Positions 25,461 to 37,041 are shown, counted from the whole stretch's first letter. The stretch is 63,011 bases of DNA, filler included, from Neolecta irregularis DAH-3 (GCA_001929475.1; 15 parts of 15 records of this genome joined end to end with filler, not necessarily neighbours in it), one strand, 5' to 3'. Notes: generated by a model from the letters alone, not told the origin. Translations and numbers: made by a program.

Positions 25461-25888
25461 GTTGGTAGGGAATGGGGATAGACTGATGAGATCAACTGTG
25501 GAGATTGAAATTTTCTTAACAGCGATAACATTCACGTGACAGGTGAATGTTCCCAGAGTACCAAGCACGGGTTGTTTGTTACTCACTGAATTAATTTTTT
25601 TCTGCTGGTGCGCACCAAATTTCATGAAACTTGACAATTCTTCAAATCCCAATTTTAAGCGCGGGCGAGGTGCACTACTTTCTTGGAATGATTTTTATAG
25701 TCTCATCCCAAATTCTTCAAAAAAGCAAAAACAAGTCCACACCTGTTTTTTCTTTTTCACCAACTTGAGAGGAGAAATCGCCTAAGTCCCTTTCCCACAA
25801 CACCCACAACATAAAGAGATTTGGTGCGCGCCAAACTTGTTGGGTGGGAGTATTATAAAAATAATTTCATACATTGTAGGGTACATTG

Positions 25889-26060
25889 CCCACCTTCCCC
25901 ACTCACCTGTCAGTTCCCTTCTTGCCAATATTTAGATAGATATAAAGAATTATATACCTAATATAGCAATTTATACTTGCTTTTTAACATATTCCTGCCC
26001 TGCCCATCTATACCCTGCATGCCACCACCCAAATTGGTTGTCACATGTTAGGCCCGAACC
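25889..26060 (-). mobile_element. Subterminal fragment of the hAT-like repeat family (homologous to 39884-40051)
   Basis: Reverse complement aligns with 39884-40051 (GGGCCTAACATGTGACAACCA...GCAGGAATATGTTAAAAAGCAAG...GGAACTGACAGG). Confidence 0.8.
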
Positions 26061-26160
26061 NNNNNNNNNNNNNNNNNNNNNNNNNNNNNNNNNNNNNNNN
26101 NNNNTTAATTAATTAANNNNNNNNNNNNNNNNNNNNNNNNNNNNNNNNNNNNNNNNNNNN

Positions 26161-27316
26161 GGATGCTCTGCTGGATGATCTGCCGGATGACGACGCCGCT
26201 CTGCCAGACGCTGCCCACCTCTCGCTGGGCCTCGCGTTCTCGTTTCCCCTCAGGCACACCGCCGACGGCGCAACCATGCTGCCCATGGGCAAGGGCTTCG
26301 ACCTGCCCGACGCCCTGGGCGCCGACCCCGCCGCCCTGCTGCGCACCGCCTTTGCCGCCCGCGGCCTGCACATCGCCCACCTCGCCATCGTCAACGACTC
26401 CGTCGCCGCCCTGCTCGCACACCGCCACTGCCATCCGCACACCGCCCTCGCAATCGTCGTCGGCACCGGCACAAACGCCACCGTCCTGCTGCACCGCCGC
26501 CCGGTCAACTCCGAGTGGGGCATGTTCGGCAAGCGCTCCCTCCCCTTCTCCGCAGTAGACCGCCTCATCGACTCGCGCAGTGACAAGCCCGGGTACCAGC
26601 CCTTTGAGCAGATGACCGCGGGGCGCTATCTGGGCGAAATAGCCAGAGAGTCGCTGCTGTCCGCGCACGCCCTCCACCAGTTTTCATTCGCTTCCTGTCC
26701 GAGGAACTGGAACATCCCCTGGTCGCTGTCGACCGAATCAGCAGCCCAGATAGAGCAGTCAGACGACATCCTGCCCTAGGCTAATGCATAGGTCGGAGGA
26801 TTCCGCTAGAAACCTTTTAGCGCGGTCGTTCCCGTTAGACCATAACCAGACATACACAGCCCATGACATACGCCGTATACGTGAAATATGCACAGACACA
26901 AGCACCCGTGCCGCATCGTTAATAGCTGCTGCAACTATAGCCCTCTTGAAAGCCACAAATAACCTCCCTCTGGCAAATGAAACAGTAGTAGTGCCGTATA
27001 CAGGGAGTGTCATACAGTGCTACCCACAGTTTAGCGAACGCTGTCAACGGTTTATTGATTTGATCTTGAGGGAGGACGGCGTCCGCGAGNNNNNNNNNNT
27101 AATAACCTCCCTCTGGCAAATGAAACAGTAGTAGTGCCGTATACAGGGAGTGTCATACAGTGCTATCCACAGTTTAGCGAACGCTGTCAACGGTTTATTG
27201 ATTTGATCTTGAGGGAGGACGGCGTCCGCGAGGACGTGAGGTTGGAGTTTGTCCAGAGCAGTGGGATTGTAGGGGCTGCTGTATTGGCCGCCGCCACAGC
27301 GGGTGTAGCAGCATAG
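26161..27316 (+). CDS. Atypical hexokinase-family kinase (GlcNAc kinase/HxkC-like), 5'-truncated; 26958-27089 duplicated across an N10 gap
   Basis: FSFP, MGKGF, VNDSVA, VGTGTNA, NSEWGMFG, PFEQMTAGRYLGE, SGIVGAAV. Confidence 0.85.
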
Positions 27317-27434
27317 AGCATATACGAGCATAGCNNNNNNNNNNNNNNNNNNNNNNNNNNNNNNNNNNNNNNNNNNNNTTAATTAATTAANNNNNNNNNN
27401 NNNNNNNNNNNNNNNNNNNNNNNNNNNNNNNNNN

Positions 27435-27779
27435 AGATAGTAGCTGGAAGTCGTACTATAAATTTAGCTCGAAGTTGTGTGAATGAAATCGTTTGATCTG
27501 GTTTCTTTTCATCCAGGACTTGACTATGTCTGGGTTTCCACTCCACGAATGACCTCTGCCATCAGCCATGCTTCCATTGTAGCATCCACTTCTCCATGTA
27601 AACGCCTCCGATCTCCCCCAAATTCTCCCTCAAAGCGTCCCAAGCTCAAACATACCATCCCTTCTAGTTCCACCACAAGCGCCGCTTCCGAATCAGAGGG
27701 AAATAGTCTTCCACCCCCGATAAAATCTCTTGGACTACATTCCACCTGCTCGCTTCCTGCAGAGAAACCGCAGCAGCCG
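27435..27779. repeat. Variant duplicate of 29953-30297 (FAN1 5' region)
   Basis: 345-bp match with about 6 substitutions. Confidence 0.9.
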
Positions 27780-28005
27780 NNNNNNNNNNTTGGGATGGGA
27801 ATTTCTTGACTTGAACTCCAACATTTTCCAGTTACCTGCGATGATTTGCATTCTATGGGGTGTAATAATTATTTTTTTCTGTAGCTGAGACTCAATCATG
27901 TATATTTAGAAGTTCTTCATATCCTCCTCAGTCTGGCGATCCTCCGACGAGAAAACACCGCCGAAATTTCTCCAACTCCATCAACCTCAATCCGTGACGT
28001 TCAAT

Positions 28006-29949
28006 ATGGATCACTCGAACGGCGGCTATGCTCCCATGGAAACAATAGCACAGAGGGATTCTAGGCCTACAAACGGTAGTAGCGGAGGCGCTGACCGAGG
28101 TATGTTGACCCAATTTCAATGTTTATCAAATTCCCCTTGTCTAAACTAAAATATCTATGTTTTTTATCTCTCAACATTTACACAGATTCCTAACAATAAA
28201 TTAGGTCATCGTTCTTCGAGGTCTAATTATGATGAAAGATCGAGTCGCCACCCATCCGATAGACATCGAAGTGATCGCCCTAGAGACTACGACAGAAGCA
28301 GTCGCGAGCACCGAGATCGAGATTCTCATCGGGACCGCGATCGGGAACGCCATACTTCTAGCAGACGGGATGATGATAGGCACCGTTCGAGTCGGTATGA
28401 AGAGAGACACGATGAGCGGCATCGAAGTGAGAGGGATCGAAATGCCCGACCTGAGCGCGAAGCTCCGAGGTGTGTTGTTTTTCAAAGCATTCGAGACAAG
28501 TAGCTGATACATTTCAGACGCAGAGAGGACGAGGGGGCTCGAAGACGAAGCCGCTCGCCTCAGCAAAAAAAGAATAGAGAACCAACTCCAGGTGTGTTCT
28601 TCGGATCGCATTGCTAAAGTCCTAGATTTAGCTGAAACCGTTCCTATCAATTTGAGAAAGCGACGACAAACATACTGGGATGTGAAACCCCAAGGTTACG
28701 AGAATATTAGTGCTGAACAAGCCAAAGTCAGTGGATTATTCCCACTTCCAGGAGCTCCTCGCCTCGGCGCGATGGACCCAACAAAACTGGCTGCACTTGC
28801 AGCCAAACCAGAAGCCCATATTCCTATAGCCACTCCTCTTAAGGCCACTCATGCTCGGCAAAGCCGTCGATTGCACGTCAGCGGATTCCCTAAGAATGTA
28901 TCCGAGGAAATTTTGGCTGCTTTTTTCAATGATTTGATGAATGGTCTGAATATTTCTACAAGTGGCAAAGAACCGGTTTTGGGAGCACAATTAAATGACG
29001 ATAAAACATATGCCTTTCTTGAGGTAGACACAATCTATTTTAATTTCTAAGCAAAACAGTTTCGAACACCCGAAGAAGCGACCGTCGGAATAGCTTTTGA
29101 TGGGACTGATTTCGAAGGTTCTATTCTCAAGCTTCGACGACCGAAAGATTATATCGTACCTGCTAGTAGTGATGAGAAACATATTCCTGGTGTCGTTGCA
29201 ACTACAGTTCCTGATTCTGTCAACAAAATCTATATTGGAAACTTGCCGCTTTATCTAAATGAGGAGCAGATTGTGGAACTGATCGCAGCTTTTGGAGAAC
29301 TCAAATCGTTTCACTTGGTCAAAGATACCGCTACAGAAGAATCCAAGGTAGAGTTATCTGAGCGACCCTTATTAACCTCATAGGGCTTTGCATTTTGTGA
29401 GTACGTCGACCCAACAAATACAGATATTGCAATTCAAGGTCTCCATGGAATGGAACTTGCTGAACAAAATCTGGTTGTTCATAGAGCCAGTGTAGGTACT
29501 TTACAAAAAGATTTAGAAGGCCAAGGAGTGGAAGCAGTGAAGGCGCTTGCCGTTGAGAATGGAACTACGAGTTCAAGGATCTTACAGTTGCACAACATGG
29601 TAACCCCTGAAGATCTCGTCGACAATGAAGATTATGAAGGTAAATTCATTCTCTCTACCGATAGCTAATAGCCAGACATTTGCGAAGATATACGCGAAGA
29701 GTGTCAGAAATTTGGCAAAGTCATTGATGTGAAGGTTCCTCGCCCAGCCGGATCTCGAAGCAATCCTGGAATTGGGCGAGTGTTTATCAGATTTGAGAAT
29801 GAGCAAGGCTGCACAAAAGCATTGAAAGGGCTTGCAGGTAGGCGATTTTGTGATAGGACGGTATTAACCAGCTACTTTGCGGAGGTATTTCTCCTTATTG
29901 CGTGAAGTTTTGACATTTACAGGAAAACTATGACGTTAATGCCTGGTAG
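28006..29949 (+). CDS. U2AF2: Splicing factor U2AF large subunit
   Basis: RS/RD-rich N-terminus, ULM RKRRQTYWDVKPQGYE, RRM1 (RQSRRLHV), RRM2 (NKIYIGNLP), UHM (LHNMVTPEDL...DIREECQKFG...AGRRFCDRTV). Confidence 0.95.
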
Positions 29950-30066
29950 AAGAGATAGTAGCTGGAAGTCGTACTATAAATTTAGCTCGAAGTTGTGTGA
30001 ATGAAATCGTTTGATCTGATTTCTTTTCATCCAGGACTTGACTATGTCTGGGTTTCCACTCCACGA

Positions 30067-30337
30067 ATGTCCTCTGCCATCAGCCATGCTTCCATTGTAG
30101 CATCCACTACTCCATGTAAACGTCTCCGATCTCCCCCAAATTCTCCCTCAAAGCGTCCCAAGCTCAAACATACCATCTCTTCTAGTTCCACCACAAGCGC
30201 CGCTTCCGAATCAGAGGGAAATAGTCTTCCGCCCCCGATAAAATCTCTTGGACTACATTCCACCTGCTCGCTTCCTGCAGAGAAACCGCAGCAGCCGGAA
30301 CTAAAGAATTCGATCTATGTTGACGCTTTTGAGACGG
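30067..30337 (+). CDS. FAN1: Probable Fanconi-associated nuclease 1, N-terminal fragment (3'-truncated)
   Basis: Low-complexity N-terminus with NLS followed by SIYVDAFE, resembling the start of the conserved region of fungal Fan1. Confidence 0.5.
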
Positions 30338-30437
30338 NNNNNNNNNNNNNNNNNNNNNNNNNNNNNNNNNNNNNNNNNNNNTTAATTAATTAANNNNNNN
30401 NNNNNNNNNNNNNNNNNNNNNNNNNNNNNNNNNNNNN

Positions 30438-31758
30438 GGAGAAAACGTCACTTCCATTACATTCGTCGTGTACGCGCAGGGCAAGTTTAACATTGGGATC
30501 AGATACTCGTTCAACAGGTCCAAAAATGTAGGCTGTTAAACCGCCAATGGGAGGAAGAAAAATCTTTAGGTCGTTTCTGGTTATGAGTTCAGGATAAGAA
30601 CCCCCAGTGTCTTCAAATAGAGCACGTCGAAGTGTTCCCTCATCGATTCCAAACCGCTTGGCTACTCCGGGCAGAAACCAAACTTGTTGTGAATTCTACG
30701 AATGGTAAAGGAAATGCACACCTGGTTCAACAGCGACTTTTGTGACGGCGATTTCGCCTGTTTTGTTGAGAACAACATGACCATCTATTCGAAGTCGGCC
30801 AGTTTTGACAGCATCTTCAATCTCATGGAGTTTCATATGAGCTTTAGTGATAGCGATTGTTGGTCGAATATCGATTCCCTTGTTGATATAGTCACTGTAC
30901 AATCGAGTAGTCATGTGCCCGAATGGATCCATTGCGACAATTTTCTCTGGATCACCCCATTGAGGAAATGGGCCAACTTGCACGGGAGGCTCAGAAAAAG
31001 CAAAGTTTGGACGGTGATTGACGGGAAGATCACCCATGGCGACAGCAAGCGAGTGATAAATCGAATATGATCCTCCATGAGCTCCGATAGCTTTGCATCA
31101 GCGTGACTTGTGTTTGAATACACATACCATTGCGTTTTCGAAGGGTGCTGGGTTGACGGGAGACGACGACTAAGCGGTTAGAAGAGAGATAAATGCTCAC
31201 ATACTTGGTCCTCGAATGAGAGGATCAAGATGGCCCCAACTCAATGGAAATGGGTCTATCTGTCAGATTGAAATTAAGAAGCAACATACCAATATTCGAT
31301 TGTCCCGGATAAGTCGTCAAAATAACTCTGCTTCCCCAGGGGCTGGAAGAATAAAGCTTTCTTGGTACCGCACTAAGGGGACCAGGTGAGGACGAAGGGC
31401 TAATCGGAACGACTTGTAGCTTCTTTGGGGTATCGACAGGCTGATCGGCAACGATAGTATCGAGATTGACATCAATAGTTCCGGGAGCTGTTGGAGCAGG
31501 CGATAAACTTTGCAAAGAGCTGGAAGAGAATGTGCGCTGGTGCATTGGAGAGTTTTGAGAATCGACTTGGAGTTTCAGATTTTCAACAGCCGAGACGATT
31601 GACGAAAGAGTAGAGTTGAGCTATATGTGAGACCACGCTGATTTCCTATAGGACTTGGGTACCTTTTCCGAAAGCTCTTTCTGACCCCGTTGCAACTCTG
31701 TAATTGCCTGAAGAAGCAGCGCATTGCTTTCAGTCAGCGTTACAGGACTATCAGTCAT
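30438..31758 (-). CDS. urg1: Urg1-like GTP cyclohydrolase II family protein (3'-truncated)
   Basis: RVILTTYPGQ, KIVAMDPFGH, DIRPTIAITKAHM, VWFLPGVAKRFG, FLPPIGGLT, RVHDECNGSDVF. Confidence 0.88.
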
Positions 31759-32107
31759 AGCGGCCTGATTGTTTGTGATCTTGAAGGAATCAACAGGCAC
31801 ATTAAGGGAGGGTGGCATGTACCAAAGAGAGCACAAGAGGGTCGCGGGGCAGGTTTATACCGCCGTGTCAGATGATTAGCGCCTTGTTAATAGAAGAAAG
31901 CCCCAGATGTGATAGTGTTAAAATATGGACTGAGGGGAGAGGAGACCTATTATTGCACGGATATGTGGGATAAGCATTCTGTATACAGACTATCGACTCT
32001 ACACTTGGTCTTTATGATGTCGGCAAAATTGATGTTTTTTTCAGGAATATCCATAAAATATAATACCTGTTTGCCTTGAGCCATGATGATTGAGAGTCAC
32101 GATGACC

Positions 32108-32204
32108 AGTCAATGTTAATTACGATCAATCAATGTTAATTACGATCAATCAATGTTAATTACGATCAGTCAATGTTAATTACGATCAGACAATGTTGAA
32201 TTAC
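32108..32204 (+). repeat. 20-bp tandem repeat (CAATGTTAATTACGATCAAT), ~4.7 copies, overlapping the WAPL start codon
   Basis: ATGs at 32113, 32133, 32153, 32173, 32193. Confidence 0.92.
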
Positions 32205-34594
32205 ACCAAAAAACGCCCAATCATAACTTATGGCAAGCGAAACAGAGCGATTGCGAAAGAAGATTTCTTAGACGACATTGATTCGGACGTGCCTCAACCG
32301 CCAGTTCTCAATTATTTATCACAAACCACAAAGGTCAATAGCGGTGCAGATAAAGACCTGTTTGAATTCAATGAAGAAGACGAACAATTTTCTATACCCA
32401 AAAAAAGGAGGAAAAAGGAGAGCGTGAAGACTCCACCAAAGAACATCAAGCAGGATTCAGCGGAAAGTGCGAAAAGTCCCGCAAAAGTCAAAGACAAGGA
32501 GGCTGCTAATGCGAGAAGTCAGAGAGCTCAGAGACGACTATGTCGATCGAAACCCTCAAGGCGAATCGAAACTAATACCGGATTAGAGGATGAGGATACA
32601 CCAAAACCGTCACGAGAACATGGAAGTATTCATAATCGCCAGAAGAAACCCCGCAAGTCTCCTGCAAAGAGTATATCTTTGCTATGGGTATCTGATAATA
32701 AATAGCTTTCCGCAAAGGAACACCCGTCTCTCATATCTCACAAACGCCAGAAATTGAACCTCAATCAAGTATAATCCCTGAATCGTCTCCGTCGCACATA
32801 CCCGTTCGAAATAAAACTCCACCGATGCCGGACTTTTCGACTCCCGCCAAGCCTTCCTCGCGGCCTCATTCTCCGCAGACTCCTTCGAATTCTCAGGATT
32901 CTGTCTGGGACTTGATACCAGAAACGCAGATTACCCCTCTTCGGAACTCGTTGATGAAGAGTTTAAAAGCTCCTTCGCCGTCGCCGTCGCCTCAACGAGG
33001 ACCTGTTCTTGCGGTTCTTCCATCATTGCCAGCTGTTGCGTCAGAGACTTTTCAGCGCACATTGCCTTTGAAAGAAGCAAGAGTAACTTATGCTCGTGTA
33101 CGGTCATTTCTAGAAACCCCTCTAGACGACCCACCAATCGTCGCCGTCGCCCGTGAGAACCCAATTGAAGAAGATACCCAGGTTCATGCTAGTATCCATG
33201 ACCTGCGAGCTGCGGGGGGCACAAAGCGCTTCCTTGATGAACTTTGCGATCTTCTCGACGGGGCTGATGCCTCGATTCCCATTCAAAGATCAAGGTAAAT
33301 AATCTCGTGACAACGCTGAACCGCAATAGTTTGCTTGAACTTTGTAGAAAACTCTGCGAACGGGAATATTTTGCTAATTTCCGGGCATATTCCGCCAACC
33401 TGCGCATTTTTTCAAATTTGCCGTTGAAAACCGATTCTGTAATTTTCTTTGTTTCCCTTTTAATATTGATAGATTGTTTGTTTTGGGCTGACGTTTATTG
33501 CGTGTTTGGTTCTTCAACAGGGGACATTTTCCGAGAAATTAATCTGCGAGTATGGGATTTTTCAATTTTTGTTGCGGATGGTTGATCGAGATTTGGATAT
33601 TGCGAGGGAAGGTGAAAGAGTTGGGTTGAGCAAGGTTTCCCAATCGACAGTCATGCAACTGCGATCTTGTGTCCAAAAAGTGATATTTCAAGACCGGGAT
33701 GTTTCTGTGGTGAGTAAATGAAGGAAGATTATTGATTGTAGTTGTCTGTGCGGAAATTGGCTTTTGTAGGGGTGAGTTTGGTGGTAGTTGGACATGCCGA
33801 GGATGACCAAGTTATTCTTTTTCGCAAAGAGGGGATTCAAAAGTGTATTTTGTGTGTCTGTTTAGAGGTTTGTCGCGTTGCGCTCGTTGTTAATTATAGG
33901 ATCCATTTGAAGCCGAACTTGCGCTTAGAGTATGCGAGTTGGCATCAAGTGGACATGCTGTTGAGATTTCCGAGTCCGCGGCAATCCATCTGTCGAAATT
34001 ATTAGGCGATCTACTTTCTTCACCGAGCCAAGAAGACTTGATACTTTTGTTACTTCGGTTTCTAATCACCGTCACTGGAATTAACCCAATTGCATGTGAA
34101 CAAATAGCCTTGTCGGGTTCTCTCAAACTCCTCACTATGGAAATACTTTGTCTACGCGATCGAGCGGATGCCGATGATACTGTCCGTGAAAGACTACTTT
34201 TAATCCTGGGGTTGATGATCAATTTTGCCGAGGAAAGTGATGTCGTTCGAGAAGCGATGTGTCAAAGTACGTTGTCTGATTCTGCGACTGTTGGCAGAGT
34301 CTTGCTAGACACATTTATATGCGCAAGTATCGTATGACTTTAGATATTTATTAATAGGCACCGAAAGAAGTTGATGGATATCTAGGATTACTACTTGCTC
34401 ATCTGATATCCCATTCAACATCGTTCCGAGCCATCGTCATCCAAAAGCTCGACGGTCTTGGTTCTCTTATCCGAGTTTTACAAGACTTTTCGTCAAATAT
34501 GGAGGCGAATGTTGGATCTTCAATGAGGGGTGTCATTTGTCGAGCTGTAGATTTGTTGAAGCCTCCTACCGAACCTCCTCCTAACCCAAAGTAG
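32193..34594 (+). CDS. WAPL: Cohesin release factor Wapl/Wpl1
   Basis: N-terminal TYG, TYARVRSFL, SIHDLRAAG..RFLDE, helical domain with LLILGLMINFAEES; multi-exon. Confidence 0.8.
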
Positions 34595-34711
34595 ATTTGT
34601 TGATTAAATTAATATTTTGATATCGATCAGTAGATTTAGATCAGTAGATTCATTATCGATCTGTAGATTATGATATTCGATTTTAATCACGAGATTTAAG
34701 CTGCACCTGCC

Positions 34712-35438
34712 ATGTCACCCAAAAACCCACCTAAACAACGCAAGATTGCAGTTCTGGGATCTCGGTCCGTGGGTAGGCAATATTTGCGGCCTCTTTGAAG
34801 GGTGTAGGAAAATCTTCGCTGACGGTGCAATTTGTGGAGAATCACTTTGTGGAAAGTTACTACCCGACGATTGAGAATACGTTTAGCAAGATCATCAAAT
34901 ACAAGTCGCAGGAGTTTGTGACGGAGATTATTGATACTGCTGGCCAGGTACTGGGCCTTGGGGTGTGCTCACAGCAGGATGAATATAGCATCCTGAACTC
35001 GAAGCATGCTATTGGGATCCACGGATACGTGCTTGTCTATTCTGTGACGTCGAAATCGAGTTTTGAGATGGTCAAGATTATCCGGGACAAGATCCTGGAC
35101 CACTCTGTATGGCTGTAGGCTGTGGAGCTTACGCAAGGGGTTGGGCTGGGTTCCGATTGTGATTGTGGGCAACAAGAGCGATCTGCACATGCAGCGGTTG
35201 GGCATTGCAAGACGGGGCTGAGATGTAGGCAAATCCAGCCGGAGGAGGGCCAGGCGCTGGCTGAAGAGTGGAAATGCTCGTGGACGGAGGCTACGGCGCG
35301 GCACAACGAGAACGTCAGCAAGTGCGCTGTGTGTATTGCTGCTTACGAGCAGCCAAGGCGTTTGAGCTGTGCATTGCGGAGATTGAGAAGCCGTCTGCCA
35401 AGGCGCTGCCGGAGAGCAAGGGCTGTGCGATATTTTAA
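34712..35438 (+). CDS. RHB1: Rheb small GTPase
   Basis: GSRSVGKSSLT, YYPTIENTF effector loop, DTAGQDEYS, GNKSDL, C-terminal CAIF CaaX; five introns of ~30-36 nt. Confidence 0.96.
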
Positions 35439-35475
35439 TATATGCAGTACCTAGATCTACGCTATAAATTAATGC

Positions 35476-35693
35476 TCACGTTGTCTTTGCCCGAGCGGCC
35501 GCCCTGATCTCCCGGTCGACGTCTGCGAGCTGGCGCGCGGCGTTGACGGCCTGGACGAGGTTGATGAGCTGCTTGCCGGCGCAGACGGGGAAGGTGGCAG
35601 CGGCGATGAGGTACGGGTAGGACAGCGGGATGCCGCAGAGGTATCCTGGCGTGAGCAGGGCTGGGGGGGGGCGGGAAGGGCACCGAGGCGCGG
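35476..35693 (-). CDS. PIS1: Phosphatidylinositol synthase, C-terminal fragment
   Basis: FPVCAGKQLINLVQAVNAARQLADVD matches the PIS C-terminal consensus. Confidence 0.72.
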
Positions 35694-35703
35694 NNNNNNN
35701 NNN

Positions 35704-35843
35704 CCACGATGACCAGTCAATGTTAATTACGATCAATCAACGTTAATTACGATCAATCAACGTTAATTACGATCAGCCAATGTTGAATTACACCAAAAAA
35801 CGCCCAATCATAACTTATGGCAAGCGAAACAGAGCGATTGCGA
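35704..35843. repeat. Variant copy of the WAPL start region (32098-32256)
   Basis: Same flanks, one fewer 20-bp unit, ATG->ACG in two units. Confidence 0.9.
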
Positions 35844-36027
35844 NNNNNNNNNNNNNNNNNNNNNNNNNNNNNNNNNNNNNNNNNNNNTTAATTAATTAAN
35901 NNNNNNNNNNNNNNNNNNNNNNNNNNNNNNNNNNNNNNNNNNNCGCAGGCCGAGAAGGCGCGGCTGCGGGACCGGCAGCGGGGCCAGCAGCGGGCAGCCA
36001 TGGTGTGCTGTTCTCGTTGACCTTCTT

Positions 36028-36150
36028 CTTCGAGTATACCCGGCCCTCCTTCCTCGTACTATACCCGGCCCTTCGAGTTATACGCCCTCCTTCGAGTATA
36101 CCCGGCCCTTCGAGTTATACGCCCTTCCTCGTGCTATACTCGTCTATACC
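36028..36150. repeat. Imperfect tandem repeat CTTCGAGT(T)ATAC(C)CGGCC
   Basis: About 6 degenerate units upstream of ORF 36160. Confidence 0.75.
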
Positions 36151-36159
36151 CCCGCCACA

Positions 36160-37041
36160 ATGCCCCGCTCTCCCGCCCTCCGCCTGCGCCCCGCGCCCGT
36201 CCCGCGATCCGTCCCGCGCATCCCCCGCCGCCTCCTTTTTGGCCGCGTGCGCACCGTCACCCCCGTTCCCGATGTGCGCCCCGGCTTCGACGCCTATCTC
36301 GTCACCGACACCGCCCGCCCCTCGCGCCTGCGCCCCCTCCTCGCCCGCGCCGCCGCCGCCCTCTTTGGCACGCCCCTGCCGCGCCACCCAGACCTCTGGT
36401 GCGCGGACCCCGCCCTCCTCGCCGCCGTCGCCCGCCCGCAGTTCCACGCCGCCGCCAAGCTCACCATCCAGGACTACTTTGCCACCGGCAAGTCCCTCAC
36501 CAACGAACTCAAGCTCCACGCAGACCCCGCCCGCCTTCCAAAGCTCGGAGAAATAGCCTCCCTCGACTTCCTTGCCCTCCACGGCCAGGCCGGCGACTTG
36601 GAGTTCTGGGAATGTCTCCTCAAAGCAGACAAATCCCTCTTGCTCTCCCTCCTCGCCCAAAAATTCGCATTCGTCTTTCACGAAATGCAAAATTCTCTCT
36701 TCACCTGCCGCGTCGAGCTCTTGCCTGAATCCACCGCCCCGCCAGAATACACACAGAAACTAGTCACCATGCGTCGTCACTGTATCACTCGCACCCTCCT
36801 CACTTACCGCGTCACCGATGCAAACAACAACTCCGCCATCGTAAAGTTGGCTACTCCCTGGATTAATATGTACTGCGGAGAATTCAATCTAATGGATCCA
36901 GACGATCCGGATTATTGTAATTGGTTGGTTGCTGATGTAGATGGTATAGTAGATGATAAACTCTGGGATTTCGTAAAGAGCAATATGGTGATGACTGGTG
37001 AATTAGAGAATAAAAGGTGGTATGCTATGGGTGAGAGGTGA
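36160..37041 (+). CDS. Intronless hypothetical protein, likely mitochondrial
   Basis: 293-aa ORF with an Arg-rich, acid-free N-terminus and strong codon periodicity. Confidence 0.7.
   Translation: MPRSPALRLRPAPVPRSVPRIPRRLLFGRVRTVTPVPDVRPGFDAYLVTDTARPSRLRPLLARAAAALFGTPLPRHPDLWCADPALLAAVARPQFHAAAKLTIQDYFATGKSLTNELKLHADPARLPKLGEIASLDFLALHGQAGDLEFWECLLKADKSLLLSLLAQKFAFVFHEMQNSLFTCRVELLPESTAPPEYTQKLVTMRRHCITRTLLTYRVTDANNNSAIVKLATPWINMYCGEFNLMDPDDPDYCNWLVADVDGIVDDKLWDFVKSNMVMTGELENKRWYAMGER

Noticed and set aside
26958-27231. Local duplications flanking N10 gaps (also 44626, 52716, 56829, 59696, 62496)
   Set aside because: Typical unresolved scaffold overlaps differing by 0-3 bases; not treated as real tandem duplications.
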